DNA of 63,844 bases, filler included, from Reticulomyxa filosa (GCA_000512085.1; 17 parts of 17 records of this genome joined end to end with filler, not necessarily neighbours in it), one strand, 5' to 3'. Counted from the whole stretch's first letter, positions 36,451-50,300 are shown. A program made the numbers and translations. The notes: generated by a model not told the origin, from the sequence alone.

Positions 36451-37466
36451 TGGTCAAAGGTCTCGCGGATGATTCACACAAAGCGGAGAGTCCGCCGGCA
36501 GTCAAGACAAGGACAGTGCCAGTATCGAATAGTAATAAACCGGGAGCGATAAATGAAGGTGGGAAGAAGGCTGGGATGGGCAAAGACAATGTGGCAAATA
36601 TGGTGGCTTATCCATATTACGATGTGTTGTTGGACAAGTATACCCAGTACAAGAGTTTCATGAAGCAGATTCATGCTTGCGTGAATGCGAATGAAGCGCT
36701 GCAGGAACAGATCAATGCCAACTATGCAACCCATCTTCGTGGTGTAATGACGAAGGGGGATGTCATGCATGTTGTTCGATTGGTATCGAATTTATTTGAC
36801 ACTCATCGACATAATCAAGTTTATGTGGTCATCTTGTCCTATGTGACTGCTCATATACTTATCACGGATAACAAAATTCAAACCAATGGCGCTGCCAAAT
36901 GCTGGGCTGTTGCCTTCACTGCTTCATATTTATCCAAAATTAACGACACGTTCAAAAAAGTATTTTGAACAATCTTGTGTTGTGATACCTTGTGGTGCAT
37001 CTCGTTCTATCCCTTGAATCAACACAAACAACTTGAAAACGAAAATTTATATCAAAAATTATATGCGAGAATTAGTGTATTTGGCGCATTTGTTTCTTTA
37101 TCTCCCAATGGAATGAAAGTTGCATGGACTTGGTTTGCTCATATCCTTCAGTTCCCTCAGATTTTGCATCCCTTGGTTTGTCATTGTGTCGAAGGATTTT
37201 TGACCAATGCTGGTTATCAACTGCTCCATACTTATCCTCGACAGTTTCCGAAACTCATTCGCTATTTGGAAGAACATGTCATAAAGAACTTAGACAAAAC
37301 ACGCTTATTGGTCAAAAAATTGGACATTTATATCCGAGATTTTCATTCAGAGGTTTCACAGCTATCTCCTCCCAGAGGATGTGACTTAGCATTGTCACGA
37401 AACACAAACAGAGATGAAATGGCAGAACTTTTGAGACAAGCTATGCATGCCGAATCGGGCCATTAA
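36451..37466 (+). CDS. GLE1: mRNA export factor GLE1, C-terminal domain (5'-truncated; in-frame TGA at 36966-36968)
   Basis: CISFYP, KLYARISVFGAF, AWTWFAHILQ and VEGFLTNAGYQLLHTYPRQFPKLI match the GLE1 pattern W.WLA.ILN..FLE.CG..L...Y..QF.K. Confidence 0.8.
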
Positions 37467-38833
37467 ACAATTCATGTATCAATCTTATGCAACCAAATAT
37501 TATTCATGTCATAAATGTTTACTGTTTTTTTTTTGTTTGTCGTGTAGTTCCTCAAACCACTGGTTTCTTTACTTGTGCACACACCGGATCTGATTTTTCG
37601 TATTTGTTTCTTACTGAAGTTTATTTATTTGAAAAACACAATTCAATCTCTTTTTCTGCCGAATATCTCATTACATCGCTTAATTTATGCAATTGGTACA
37701 TTTACTACACTAACAATCAACTTCAACATTACCAGTTAGTGGATAGTATAAATTCAAAGATCTTTAAAGCGTATAAAAACAAAAATTTAAATTAACTTTT
37801 CGACCAATCACAAAAAAACTTTGTTCGTAAATCTGTCATCAACACCAACAAATAAAAGAAGTAACGTAGCTTTCTCTTTTTTAGAAGTTGCTGAACTTTT
37901 GACCAGTGTCCACAGCAAAGTAAAAAATAGGTATACATTATATCTAAATCGATGAAGTTGAAATCCAAAATTTCCGATAAAACCTATTGAACTGGAAAAA
38001 GAACAAGATAAAATTGCTTATAATGAAAGTGTTGAAAGTAGTTAGAGACAAACAATCAAAACAACTCTTGCAAATAAAGTAAAAAATATAAGTTATTGAA
38101 TCTTGTGGCAGATTTCGCTTTTTTATATCCAGTTCATAAATATCGAAAACTTGTGTATTTATAAAAGTGGTTATTGGTAGTGTTGTTAGAGTTGGAATTT
38201 TTTGAATAGTTTGGATATTTGGTATTGTTGGAATAATAATTAGTATTGATTAAATAGTTAAAATAGTTGGAAATATTGACATTATGGTGTTCAAGGACAA
38301 AAACTGTCCTTCCTAAAAAAAAATATATAAATGAAAAAAATATATACTTAACTTGTTAGTGCAGCAACTAACAAGATTAAACTAAAAAATATATCTAACA
38401 CCGTAATAAATATAATTACATAATGTCGGCAATTTACACGTTGACATCTGGAGATCATTTCATTTAAGTAAATCTTAAATTGATTTTTTCTTTATTGAAT
38501 CATATTAACTAGTTAAAAAAATAAAAGGGAATATGTCAAAAAATGAATTTTTTAAACTTAAAAAAATTTTAATTTAATCACATTACAAAAAAATTGCCAG
38601 TATTGAAAGTATTTCTTTTTTTTTATATTTGTTTCTTGTTTTATTCAAATTTTATATGATATAATTTTAATTTATTTTCAACATTTCTTACATTACTTTT
38701 AAAGTAAAAAGAATTATTGACATTTATGACAAANNNNNNNNNNNNNNNNNNNNNNNNNNNNNNNNNNNNNNNNNNNNTTAATTAATTAANNNNNNNNNNN
38801 NNNNNNNNNNNNNNNNNNNNNNNNNNNNNNNNN

Positions 38834-38863
<30 letters not shown>

Positions 38864-38865
<2 letters not shown>

Positions 38866-39816
38866 GTTTTGTGGAAACAAGGAACATTCTTCTACGCAAA
38901 AGTATTGCTATCGTTGATTGCACTTGTAGTGGTGATATGTTTGCTATTGATAACGTATAAAATGTCGAGAGTACATGACTTGCTTTATGTGCGAGAGGAA
39001 ACGTTTTTGAGTGCTTTGTGTGTGCTTTGCTTGTTTGTAATTTACACCACCTCGGTGGCTGTATCATTTCAAAACTTGTACATCTTGGACCATGCGACCA
39101 CGTTTGTGATTGCCATCGGTATACGTAGCTGCGTGTATTACCTGTTGGTTCTTATTGGCACCACGTGGGTATTGTACCAGCAAAAAGTGACGAATCACAG
39201 TTCGATGAGATCACGATCACAAACATTGAGAAGAAGAAGAAGAACAGGCGACGATGAAAGGGAATCCAATTCCGTAAAGACACGACGTTTTGGGTGGAGT
39301 TTGACTACCGTCGAGACGTCCTTCCCAGGTAGCTGTCCGAGACAAGAGACTCAACACCAACAAGGCGTACATGATAGTGACATGTCCATTGCCGATCTCA
39401 CAGTAAAGATAGAAACAACGGTAATCAATTCAATGCAATTGACACCAAATGATAATACGAATAACAATGACCGCAATACCGTTACCACTACTGATAGTAA
39501 TAATAATAAGTCTTGTGATGGCATATGCAATAATCCGAGCAACTTGGCCCCAACAAAAGCGAATGAACGCACTTCTGTGACGGAAGTACAACAAAGAGAA
39601 GGGGGGCAAAAGAACGAGCCGGGCTTGCGCTCTCAGGACAATGTCGCGAGTAAAAAAAACAAGTTTCATTTGGACTTTGGACGCCACGAAATGGATTGGA
39701 CTAACCAATATTCCATGTTTGATCTTATCAGCGATAAAAATGGGTTTCAAGCTTTTATGCAGCATTTACTTGGGTTCTCATTTTCTGCAGTCACATATAC
39801 ATACATATATATATAC

Positions 39817-39850
<34 letters not shown>

Positions 39851-39970
39851 GAATGCTTATATATCTCTTTTTTTTTTTTTTGTGCTTGAATATAGTGAAT
39901 ACTCTGCAGAGAATTTGTTTTATTTATGCGAATGCTGGCAATTGAAAGCAAATATTTGCTTGCTTTAGTT
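38864..39970 (+). CDS. Multi-TM protein with a C-terminal RGS domain (7TM-RGS-like), partial
   Basis: Three TM helices with HDLLYVREE, a polar linker, then SMFDLISDKNGFQAFMQHLLG. After a TA-rich intron comes EYSAENLFYLCECWQLK, the RGS alpha3-alpha4 signature. Confidence 0.8.
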
Positions 39971-40109
39971 GAGTAGGGTAGGGGCTGGNNNNNNNNNNNN
40001 NNNNNNNNNNNNNNNNNNNNNNNNNNNNNNNNTTAATTAATTAANNNNNNNNNNNNNNNNNNNNNNNNNNNNNNNNNNNNNNNNNNNNATATATATATAT
40101 ATATATATA

Positions 40110-40604
40110 TAGCAAGAAATTCGTCGTGAAACGGTACAACAAATGTTTGAGACGATAAACTCTCGAAAGAAAAAGGACGTGTTAACGGAGCAACATTCTG
40201 CGCTGAACAAGATAGCGACGTTTGAGAAAGAGCGGAAGCAAATGCAAGTGGAAATTTCGTCTCTGAAAAGTCAGCTGCAAGCATTGTCCAAGACGCATGC
40301 GTCGTGCAATTCAGAGCGTCTTCCTTCCGGCGTTGGCGCTCGGCATCGGAGCAAGTCTGGCTCCACGTTCCACACGGCCACCGTCGCGTTCTGTGCGTCG
40401 GGGCAGCAGTCTGACGAGGACGAGAGAGAGTGTTGCGACAAGGGTGATGTGCATAAGAAGCGTCTTCCTCACAAGTCTTCTTCTTCTTCTTCTTCTTCTT
40501 CTTTTAAAGTCCATGGTGGAGATACGTTTGACAAGTCGGAAATACGTCAATTTACGGAAGAAATTGAAGTAAGAAGAAGGAAGAGGGGAGGGGGAGTATA
40601 CATC

Positions 40605-40636
<32 letters not shown>

Positions 40637-42116
40637 CTCCCTCCAAATTTATCTTTATATATATATATATATGTATATAAAGAGTTTGAGCAAGAAGGTG
40701 CAAACATTGGAGACAGAACTTGAAGAACAACGAAATGTAAAAAAAGTATTGTCGGAGGAACTGAAAAGTCGACCCAGCGAACGCGAGTGGACACGACTGC
40801 GACAGGAGCTACACAAGTTAAAGAAGGAGTTAGAAGAGACGAAGCAAGTTGCGGACTTGCGGAAGCATTTGGACACCAGAGAGCTGATCAAACGTGACAA
40901 ACGATTCATCAATTGAAACTGACCGCCGTCAATGACATGCCTTTGCCCATTTTGCGTGAGATTGTCACCGACGTGTGCAGACTCTTGTCCATTCGCGATG
41001 TTCACACTGTCACGTCCACTATTGAAAAGCTGGCTAAAGTTGTCCAATCTGTCCCCGTTCTGGAACAGTTCATTCACAAAGTCGTGCAATTGCTCATTGC
41101 TAGCAATCACGCTCCGACCATTGTCCGCGCTCAAGCGCAAGATGCCAAGTCGGTGTTCAATCTGGTCATCCCGACTTTGCAGCAGTGGATCGCGGAACTG
41201 GACAAGTTCGATGTGCTAGATCGATTTCGTCACAACGTCAATGACGTCTTAAAGAATCGCACCATCAGCAAATTTCATTGCTCCGCTAATCCGACTGATC
41301 GTCATTCGTGCACTCCAACCGACATTTCTTCTCAAGAAATACCCATGCATGATATGCTTCGGCAAGTACGAGAGCTAGTCCAAAGTGAAGAATTTCTTTT
41401 GCATTCTAGAAAACAACGTGGCACAACGGATCCGAAAATTCTTGTATGTTGTATTAATTTTTTTTTTTTTTTTTTTTTTGGAAATTTTCTATTAATTAGT
41501 TTTAAGTTGAAAACATAATAATACATAATAAATAATACATAATAATTAATAATAATTAATAATTAATAATAACAAGAACGAAATTGACCACCCCTTGGCA
41601 CACCGGGTTTTGAAACACTTTCAACATATTTTCAATGTTCAAACAATTGAGGGTATATTCCCTACAATGAACCAAATTTACATTGAATTGAACGAAAGCA
41701 AAAATTTGCTGAACAGCTTGCGTGACACTTTGGGATTATCTTCAACAGCTCCAGTCAATTCGTGCTTGAAAGTGCTGCAGGAACTGATGGACAAAAAATC
41801 CACTTTTGAGAAAGTCATCGTGAAAAATGCAGAACTCATTCCTCAAACAAACGCTGACACCAATCAAGACAAAAAGAACAGCACTTCTCTCCTCATCAAA
41901 TGGAACCATTTAATCTTGGATCTCTGTGAGCTTTTGGACTGTGAGGAAGACAAAATTATTGGCTGCGTTCGTGAACTTAAAGACCGCTGCAACGAATATG
42001 ATGCTGTTTTCCCAAGAGTACATCATTTAGTAAACCAGTTACGGGGGACCCTTGGCGTAGAACATGCGCATCAAATACTGCCAAAGGTAAAACAATTATG
42101 TGGTCAAGAAGACTGA
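40110..42116 (+). CDS. CEP70: Centrosomal protein CEP70-like (5'-truncated, multi-exon)
   Basis: Coiled coil, then VLKHFQHIFNVQTIEGIFPTMNQIYIELNESKNLLNSLRDTLGL..EYDAVFP..LVNQLRGTLGV..QILPKVKQL, matching the CEP70 C-terminus. Frameshift at an A-run near 40900. Confidence 0.8.
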
Positions 42117-44562
42117 CACAACATCTCAATATGTGAACTTCATTCGATTTGTACAATCACGTGGTTTGAGGAGAGAAAAAAGTTTTCTCTTTTTTTTTTC
42201 CTACTATTTAAAAGTCTTTTATGAATCAAACATTTTCTTTTCCGTGCAGTTTCATTTAGAAACCAGCACGTCAGCAGTCCAAAAAAAAAAATGTAAAACA
42301 AATGCGAAGTAAACGATATAAAGAGTATTTTGTAGGAGAATGCAAAAAAAATTTTTTTTTAAAAAAGTATTGAGATTGCTGATAGTATTGATGCACTAAC
42401 TGTACGAGAGATGTTTACTTAAAAGAGAATAGGAGTTTTCGTAAAACGAAAGTAAATTAAATAATAAAACGAAATAACAAAAAGAAAGTAACAAAGTAAT
42501 AAGTATGTTGTTGATGAAGTTTAACCTACTGAGGATTCATCCGTTTTATTGACGTTTAGATACTTATAATAGGGACTTGCCCTACAAGATAATAAGCAAA
42601 TGTTTGTCAATGGTTGTAAAATATCTTGAATGAAATTTTTTGTTTGGTGAATACAAAACAGAGCCAAGCAGCCCCTATTCATTGATAAATGCCACTCGAA
42701 CTTGAGAAATGATTTCGCATGAGATTGGCACTTAAATGAGAAAGTGACAGCAACTTAATTATGCAATCAAAGAAGAAAATGGAAATCAACACGAACTACG
42801 CGATTGTTAGTAACTTTAAAGAAAAACTTGCTGACCGTATCCATAAATTAATCACATTAGGCATAAGCATTTTGATGATGATGAAGACAGCAGCAAGAAG
42901 AAGAATCCGCAAAAGACAAACCAAAGAACAAGCAGACGAACTAGACGATGTAGCAGAAAATGCTCTTGGAAAAGGAAAACATCCAGACAATAGAGGAAGT
43001 TGATTTACTTTTTTTTATTGTAAGAAAGAGTGGACAAAGCAATTAAAAGTACTTCTTTGTCCCCCCCTCTTTGCAGCTTTGCTTCTTTTTTAATTTTAAA
43101 ATTTGATTATTTTTGAAATTATAACTACATTCTGGCATCGATTCAGTGATGCTTTTTTCTGGTAACAAAAACCATATCATATGAGGATATGTCTTGCGCC
43201 TTCATATTCACCATTTTTACTTTTTCGAATCTCTAGTCGAGCGTCATGCAAGATTTGTTGAAATGGACATCCACTTTTGTATTAGATATCACGACACATC
43301 AATGATAAATATCCTTGGAAAAACTTTGAAAGACATTGTCACAAAATAAAATAGTTTGTGTATGAAATATTTTATTATTTTGATAGAATGAAGAAACACA
43401 TGTTTATTCAATTATTTCTTTGCTTCTTCGATATTTTGACTTTATTGTGTTCAATCTTTGCAAAAAAAGAGAATTTTCTTTTCAAGTCATCACAAAGATA
43501 CAACTGTGATTTATCACTATCCTAATAACATTGCAGTATAAATCCACTTTCCATGGCGGAGCGTATAAAGAAGTAGTTTGCAGACTTCAACAACTCAAGA
43601 ACTGTCAACAAGAAAAGGAGACAAGAAAGAAAAAAAGGAGAAGACCTTTGGAGTTTTTTTTTTTNNNNNNNNNNNNNNNNNNNNNNNNNNNNNNNNNNNN
43701 NNNNNNNNTTAATTAATTAANNNNNNNNNNNNNNNNNNNNNNNNNNNNNNNNNNNNNNNNNNNNTTATCTTCATTTAGCTATTGATGTCCACAATATTAT
43801 TCAATCAATTCAATGTTAAATGTGTATTCCAAAAATCGTTTACATTTGTCCTCACGTTGTTGGATATACAACATTTTGCTTTTACTTATTGTGTTTTTTG
43901 ATTAGTTTGGACTATCAGATTCTAGTTTATCTGATCTAACTTTTAATGATTTTTAATAATACCTCCTTTATTTTATAAACAGCTATCAAGTTATTTTTAT
44001 GAAATAGAAACATCATAATAATCAAGTCCCAATATATTCAAATCAATTTTCAAATTTTTAATGAACAAATCGAATATAATTTGATCACTTATTTTTTTTT
44101 TCATATATTCATTTGAATTAATTATCACTTAAAAAAGAATATTTTATTGTTGGGATATTTGATCATTTGATTTTGCAAATTAATTGTATTCGTCAAAGTT
44201 TGAAAGGGAGTAATAAGATGCTGATTTTATTCAGTTTCTTTTTCAGGAGGTTTTTGTGTTGTGGTTCGATTACCCATGTTGTTAATGTTACTGGGTTTTT
44301 TAAGTTTAACTTTTTAAAAAAGGAATGTGATGTATCCTTTTGGAAAAACAAAAAGAAAAGGTATTTTAAGTGTACTCTTTGAAACATAAACAACGATAAA
44401 ATATACATAATAAACAAAATGAATAAAGATAATGCTAGAAATGTTGTTGTTGGGTGTGGTATAATATTATCTTTGGAAGTATACGCTTTTTTTTTCTTTT
44501 AAAGGGATAGTTTTTCATGTTCTTCTCCTTTTGAAAAATCTAAGTTCAGCAACATTAACAAC

Positions 44563-45130
44563 ATGAACAACCAAGCCTTTCAAACTTTGAAGGAGTTATC
44601 CACTCCACTTAAAGAATCTCAATGTGTGTCACACAAATACGAACTCCTCATTTGTGGAGGTTATGAACAAAGAGCTTGTTATTCTTATCATACACTAAAA
44701 AACGAATACCAATTTATCTGTGAGTATCCACGTCATGTTGAATTATATGGACACTGTGTAGTGAAAATGGTAGATAACAACAACAAAAATAGTAATCAAA
44801 TTGTCTTTTGGTGGTGTATATAACCATACATTAGTGATGAAATATGTAAGTGTTTGGAGTAATATATCAAATAAATCAAGCAAGTCAAGCAATTTCAATC
44901 AATGGATTCCTTTCACAGACAATCACAATCATCCAATTATCATTGGAAGATAGCAAGATGATATGGAGAAGTGCGTGCAGTAATTGGTGGAAGTAGTAAT
45001 CATTTATTATTTATCACTCATTTTCGAAGTAATATTAGTGTTTTTGATTTAAATACATTTCAATTTATTCAACACGATACTTTGCCAACTGATAATATTC
45101 AATATTATTGTTTTGTATTGAAGTCAAAAA
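44563..45130 (+). pseudogene. Kelch/beta-propeller-like expanded-family member, disrupted
   Basis: FQTLKELSTPL..SQCVSHKYELLICGG..CYSYHTLKNEYQFICEYP..GHCVVK; frameshift near 44800; GR* stop near 44951; resumes VRAVIGGSSNHLLFIT. Confidence 0.7.
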
Positions 45131-45324
45131 NNNNNNNNNNNNNNNNNNNNNNNNNNNNNNNNNNNNNNNNNNNNTTAATTAATTAANNNNNNNNNNNNNN
45201 NNNNNNNNNNNNNNNNNNNNNNNNNNNNNNCTTCACAGTTGGTAATGATTTATTTATTTATTCTAATCAAATACAAATAAATTGACAAATAATAAATATA
45301 AATAATAAATAATGAACAGTCAAA

Positions 45325-45400
45325 AAATGAAATAAAATGTATTATTCAATATTTGATTCGAACTTTAAAGATAAAATTAGGATGGATTGATGACTAATTA
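45325..45400 (+). pseudogene. Short remnant of an expanded-family terminal motif
   Basis: EIKCIIQYLIRTLKIKLGWIDD followed by a stop. Resembles the IIQxWIRxLxIKLGWI motif recalled from foraminiferal WD40/Kelch families. Confidence 0.45.
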
Positions 45401-46754
45401 CGAAATACAGTAGATGAAATAAATTTTAAAGAAGTATAATTAAATATATGTAAACCATGATTCTTTAAAATGTTTTTTTTATCAATTTTTTAAAAATGTT
45501 AACAAATTATGAATAAATATTCTGTGGATGTTTTTTATAACGAATTTTTTATATAATAAATAAATCTTTAACCAAAGATGTTTTTTAGAAAGTCTCTAAA
45601 AAAATGTTGCATAACCTTTGCCACTGTTCATTTATACTAATTGAGAAACGAAAATTAAATTATGAGATATTAAATCAAAAGAAAAGCAATTGATTTTACG
45701 TGAATGAAGAATCATTTTAAAAATTTCCTTGCATTGACCGTTTAGGGCTTGTAATTTTCTTTGGATATGATTCATTGTACTTGCAATTTCCTACACACTT
45801 ACGTAATATTGACGTGAAGGTACTCCTTGCAATATTATCCTTTGTATTTGGTTGCTCAGCATTGACGATCAATCTAATCGATCAAGACTTCTTTTTCGAT
45901 CATCAGTCCTTTGTTTTCCGACATTGGAATTCATTATCAGATCGTAGATTATTGTGAAAAGGATATCTTTTTAGATAAAACAAAGGCTTGAAAAGATTAA
46001 ATTAAGATTTAAAATATTTGGTAAATGTGGTATCACAATTTGAGCTTGTTTTGGTTCAAAAGGCATTAGGCGAATAAAGCAATAAAAAATGGCTTGAATG
46101 AAGCAATAAACAGTTTGAAATGAATATAAAAGAAACAAACTATTTAGTAATTTTATTTTCTTGTAATTGGCAGTTTCGATGAAAATAATAGCAATACAAG
46201 TGCTTTTTTTCAATTACATATCAATTGTTGTTGGTATTATAATGACAACAAGCACTTGTCGGCTGCACTTCATTGCATCCAATTTATTCATTTGCTTCTT
46301 TTAGTCATTAACATTAATATTGTGAATGTATCTACTCTTTTGTGTTTTCATTCTTTTTGTTATTACAATTGTAAAATACTAACACTAATAAAACTTTCTT
46401 ACAAAATTGAGCAAATCATATTATGATGTTGTTATTGTCAGATTTATTAATGCAAAAGATAGACAGTTCATTATATGGAAATGGTGGAATGTATTATTGT
46501 AAAATCTTTTGCGGGAAACTGGTTTTTTTTGCAATCTACTGTATAAATCATAATTTGTGCGAATAATTGCTTTTTCAATCCATTTGCGATATCAGGTAAC
46601 TTATTCATAAATGTATTGTTCTTCTTTTTCATTAGGAAAAAAAATAAATCAAACAACTCCAAATTTTAAAATAAATAATTTTAAAAATTGAAATTAAAAT
46701 AAACTTGATTATGTCTTTTCAATTCAAAAAAACTTTGTAAATTTAAACAAAAAA

Positions 46755-47240
46755 TTATCCCCAAACACAAATTTGACCTTTTCTTGAGCCATAATATAAA
46801 TGAACACCACAACAATATTTTGAATTTCGTTCAATATTATTCACTTTCTTTTTCAATGATGCAACTTTAAGACATTCTATTCCATCATCTTCATAATCAC
46901 CTCTTTTGATCACATATAATTCTTCCTTATTTGATCGAATATCCCAAAATCGAACTGTGTTATCAATTGATCCAGAACATATCACATTTGAATTACCAAT
47001 TCTATTTTTTATTACAAATGGTAAATATCCCACACACATCACAGCACTTGAATGTCCATTGAATACTTGAATTTGTTGACAAGATCGAGTATCCCATAAA
47101 CGAACACTTTTATCTGCAGATCCGGATAATATTGTATTCAATAATTCATTTGATCCATATTTTACACTCCACGCATAATTTGTATGTCCTTTGAACACAT
47201 TGGATTGTTTTGTTGTTTCAATATCCCATATTCGAATGGT
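46755..47240 (-). CDS. WD40-repeat protein, C-terminal part
   Basis: TIRIWDIET..FKGHTNYAWSVKY..ILSGSADKSVRLWD..FNGHSSAVMCV..ICSGSIDNTVRFWD. Confidence 0.92.
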   Translation of the reverse strand, partial: TIRIWDIETTKQSNVFKGHTNYAWSVKYGSNELLNTILSGSADKSVRLWDTRSCQQIQVFNGHSSAVMCVGYLPFVIKNRIGNSNVICSGSIDNTVRFWDIRSNKEELYVIKRGDYEDDGIECLKVASLKKKVNNIERNSKYCCGVHLYYGSRKGQICVWG

Positions 47241-47340
47241 NNNNNNNNNNNNNNNNNNNNNNNNNNNNNNNNNNNNNNNNNNNNTTAATTAATTAANNNN
47301 NNNNNNNNNNNNNNNNNNNNNNNNNNNNNNNNNNNNNNNN

Positions 47341-50300
47341 GGCTCACTGCAAGAATTGTTGGAGATATTTTATACGTTATTTTGGACTTTGAGGGACTAG
47401 GGTCATTTGAACGATCTCCTCAAGAAGATGCTCTTTTGTCTGTATTCAATGCATCCATTTCAAATTGCACTGTATTCAAATGTGAAAATCGTTTTGATCA
47501 AGATATTGCCAGAATGTTTGAGAGATTCCAAAAAGGAGTCCAGTTTTTACGTGACAGTAATGACAAATTGTTCAGAGGTCGTTTGCTCATTGTTGTCAAG
47601 GATATCGCAACTACAGATACTAAACAAGTCATGTCCGAGTTTTCCAAAAAAATTGCATTCTTTTGTCGTGACGCCACAGACAGAAATGGGGAGTCAGAGT
47701 CATTTGTAATGCAAATGTACAAAGACCCAACAAACATTTACATTGAACCTTATCCACCATTAATGCATGATTCGTTTTTTAAAAAATTTTCTGTTTTGCG
47801 AAAATCGATGGAAAGCCTGCCGATAATTCATGGTGATGGTGGTATTCCCTTCCTGCGACATATGAAAGCAATTATGGCAAGGTTAACGATGAAAGATTGG
47901 AACTCGAATCTAAGTGAACAGATTGTGGAATCGGCAGTGGAGATGGTACGACAATATACAGAAAGTGTAATCAACTTTGGAACTTTGACTATCTTTAAAA
48001 CATTTGAATCGTTGGAACGATTTGATGTCAATGAAGATATGGAAGTTGTGGGTTTAACAAAAAAAGAAAAAATGATTGTACAAAATTCAGATGTGATCAA
48101 TTCTCTTTTGCAAAAACTGGAACATGTTTGCTCTCAAAGTAATGAGCAGTCAAAGGGAATAGTGACTGAACAAATCAATCAATTAAAGCAATGGAAGGAG
48201 GGTTTTGAAAAGATATTAGACAATATTCCAAATGGTGGATTGAATTTAATTCATAACAACATTCTGAAATATTTGTACAGAGAATTTGAGAGACAAATGC
48301 CAGAATGCAAACGAGGTCATTCCACTCACAAACAATGGTTTATTGCATTTCAATTGCTTTTAAAATTGATTTGTTTGAGACGAGAACTGATCTTAGAGAA
48401 ATGGATTGCTAATGAATTGCATGGATTTGGATTTCAAACACTACGAGGAAATAATAATATACAAGAACAAAAGATTGACACAACTGACAAACGTGTAAAG
48501 CGTAGTCAAGATGAAGTGGTGTCCAAATTTATCAAACCTTTCATCAACAATGCACTTAATCAATTACAGACAGTAGAGAATTTACTTATGTTGTGTGGGG
48601 TCAAATGTAAACATTGCTATTTCTTATGTCTATTGCAACAATCGCATCAGCAAAGTAGTGAAGCTGAGCACAATTGTATGGGATCGCATCAATGTGACCA
48701 AGTGTGTAGCCGTTGTGAACAAAGCGAAACCGAAATGCAAGAAAAGGTTTTACCGTGTAAATTACAATCGGGTCATGAAACGCTTCATGATTGTCGTCAG
48801 AGGAATCATACGTGTGGTAAGGATTGTTCATTGAAAAAATATGGTAACTGCTATGAAAAATGTACCTTGGAATTCGGCCACAGCAGCGAAATACCTTGTA
48901 TTTGCAATAGCCTCATCCATTATTGCAATGAAAAGTGTTCTTTGTCTGGATGTCCAAACAAGTGTGAAATCAACTATGCCAAGGACATACGAGACATGAG
49001 TGTTCCGAAAAGAGATGTACAAAACGTTGTGAAATACCTTCTTGTGGTATATAAAAATACAAACACATATATACACGCGTGCACATGTTTTGTTTTGAAT
49101 AAAAGTTGAAAATTTTGTTTGTAATGTAGAGGCAACATGTGATTGCAATGGAGGTCATTTCCATGACATGGATATGAAAGACGAGAAAAAGATTGAGAGT
49201 GGAATGGTTCCCTTTCATTGTTGTAGCTCAGAAAGACATCAATGTTCGGAAGGATGTGAAGAAAAGGGAAATTGCAAAGTTGAGTACAAACGTGTAGTAA
49301 ATGGAACAAAGATTTTTAATCCAAAGACTGTTGGAGCCAAATCGTTTGAATATGATTCGCACATTGCTGCGAATGGTAAGAAACATAAATGTAGTCAACT
49401 GTTGCCCAAATATAAAAAAACGCACGAAGGACGACACAAATGCACGGAAACTTTGCATAGTTGTGAAACTACTTGCCAGGCTTGTGGCTACTATTGCATT
49501 AAGCCATTTGGGCATAGTGGCAAACACCACACTGAACATGGAAATATGTTGCATTCCAAATTCGTGGTCGAAGACAATAAGTCTGTCGAAGTCAAAGTGC
49601 AAACAACGAAAATGGTCAAGGACATTACCACGTCAGTTGAAAAAGAAGTGACCAAAGAAGTTCGTGTGTATACTACTGGAGATACTGCAGAGGCTGAAAT
49701 TTGTGATTTCTTTTGCGAGAAAATGGGAAGAGGTCACTTCCATTTGATTAAATGTAACCACCCTGGTGAAAGCTGTGATATTGTGCAAACACAAAACAAT
49801 GAGACTTTTTATGTGCGAAGACACGCAAGCCAAGGGGAATGTGGAGGAAGAAAGGATTTGGACAAAGTCACGCATGAGTATTATTGGGAAAAGTGCTTGA
49901 AATTTGAAGATCCTTGTAAACCTCCATTGCCAAAGCAATTTGAGAGATGTGACCATTTTTGCTCTCATCCTGATCATGAAAAAATCAAAGATGAATGTGG
50001 TGAGGTCAAGAGATCGTATTGCATAGAAAGACTATGGCATGTCCCTGTGACAGAACAAAAGAGTGACACCACCAATACTACTGTTATAGGTGGTCATGTC
50101 TTCTCATGTTCTCATCGTTCTGGCGACTATCACGTGTTACGTAAATTTTCTTTTGAAGGAAATAGTCAGCAAAAAAAAAAATAAATGTTTTTTACTCATA
50201 AACATCTATCAAAAACAGAATTTTTGCCATCGATGTCAGCGGAAGTATGCAAATTTCTGATGTTAGACCCAAAAGAACAGAAACACAGGTTTACAAACCT

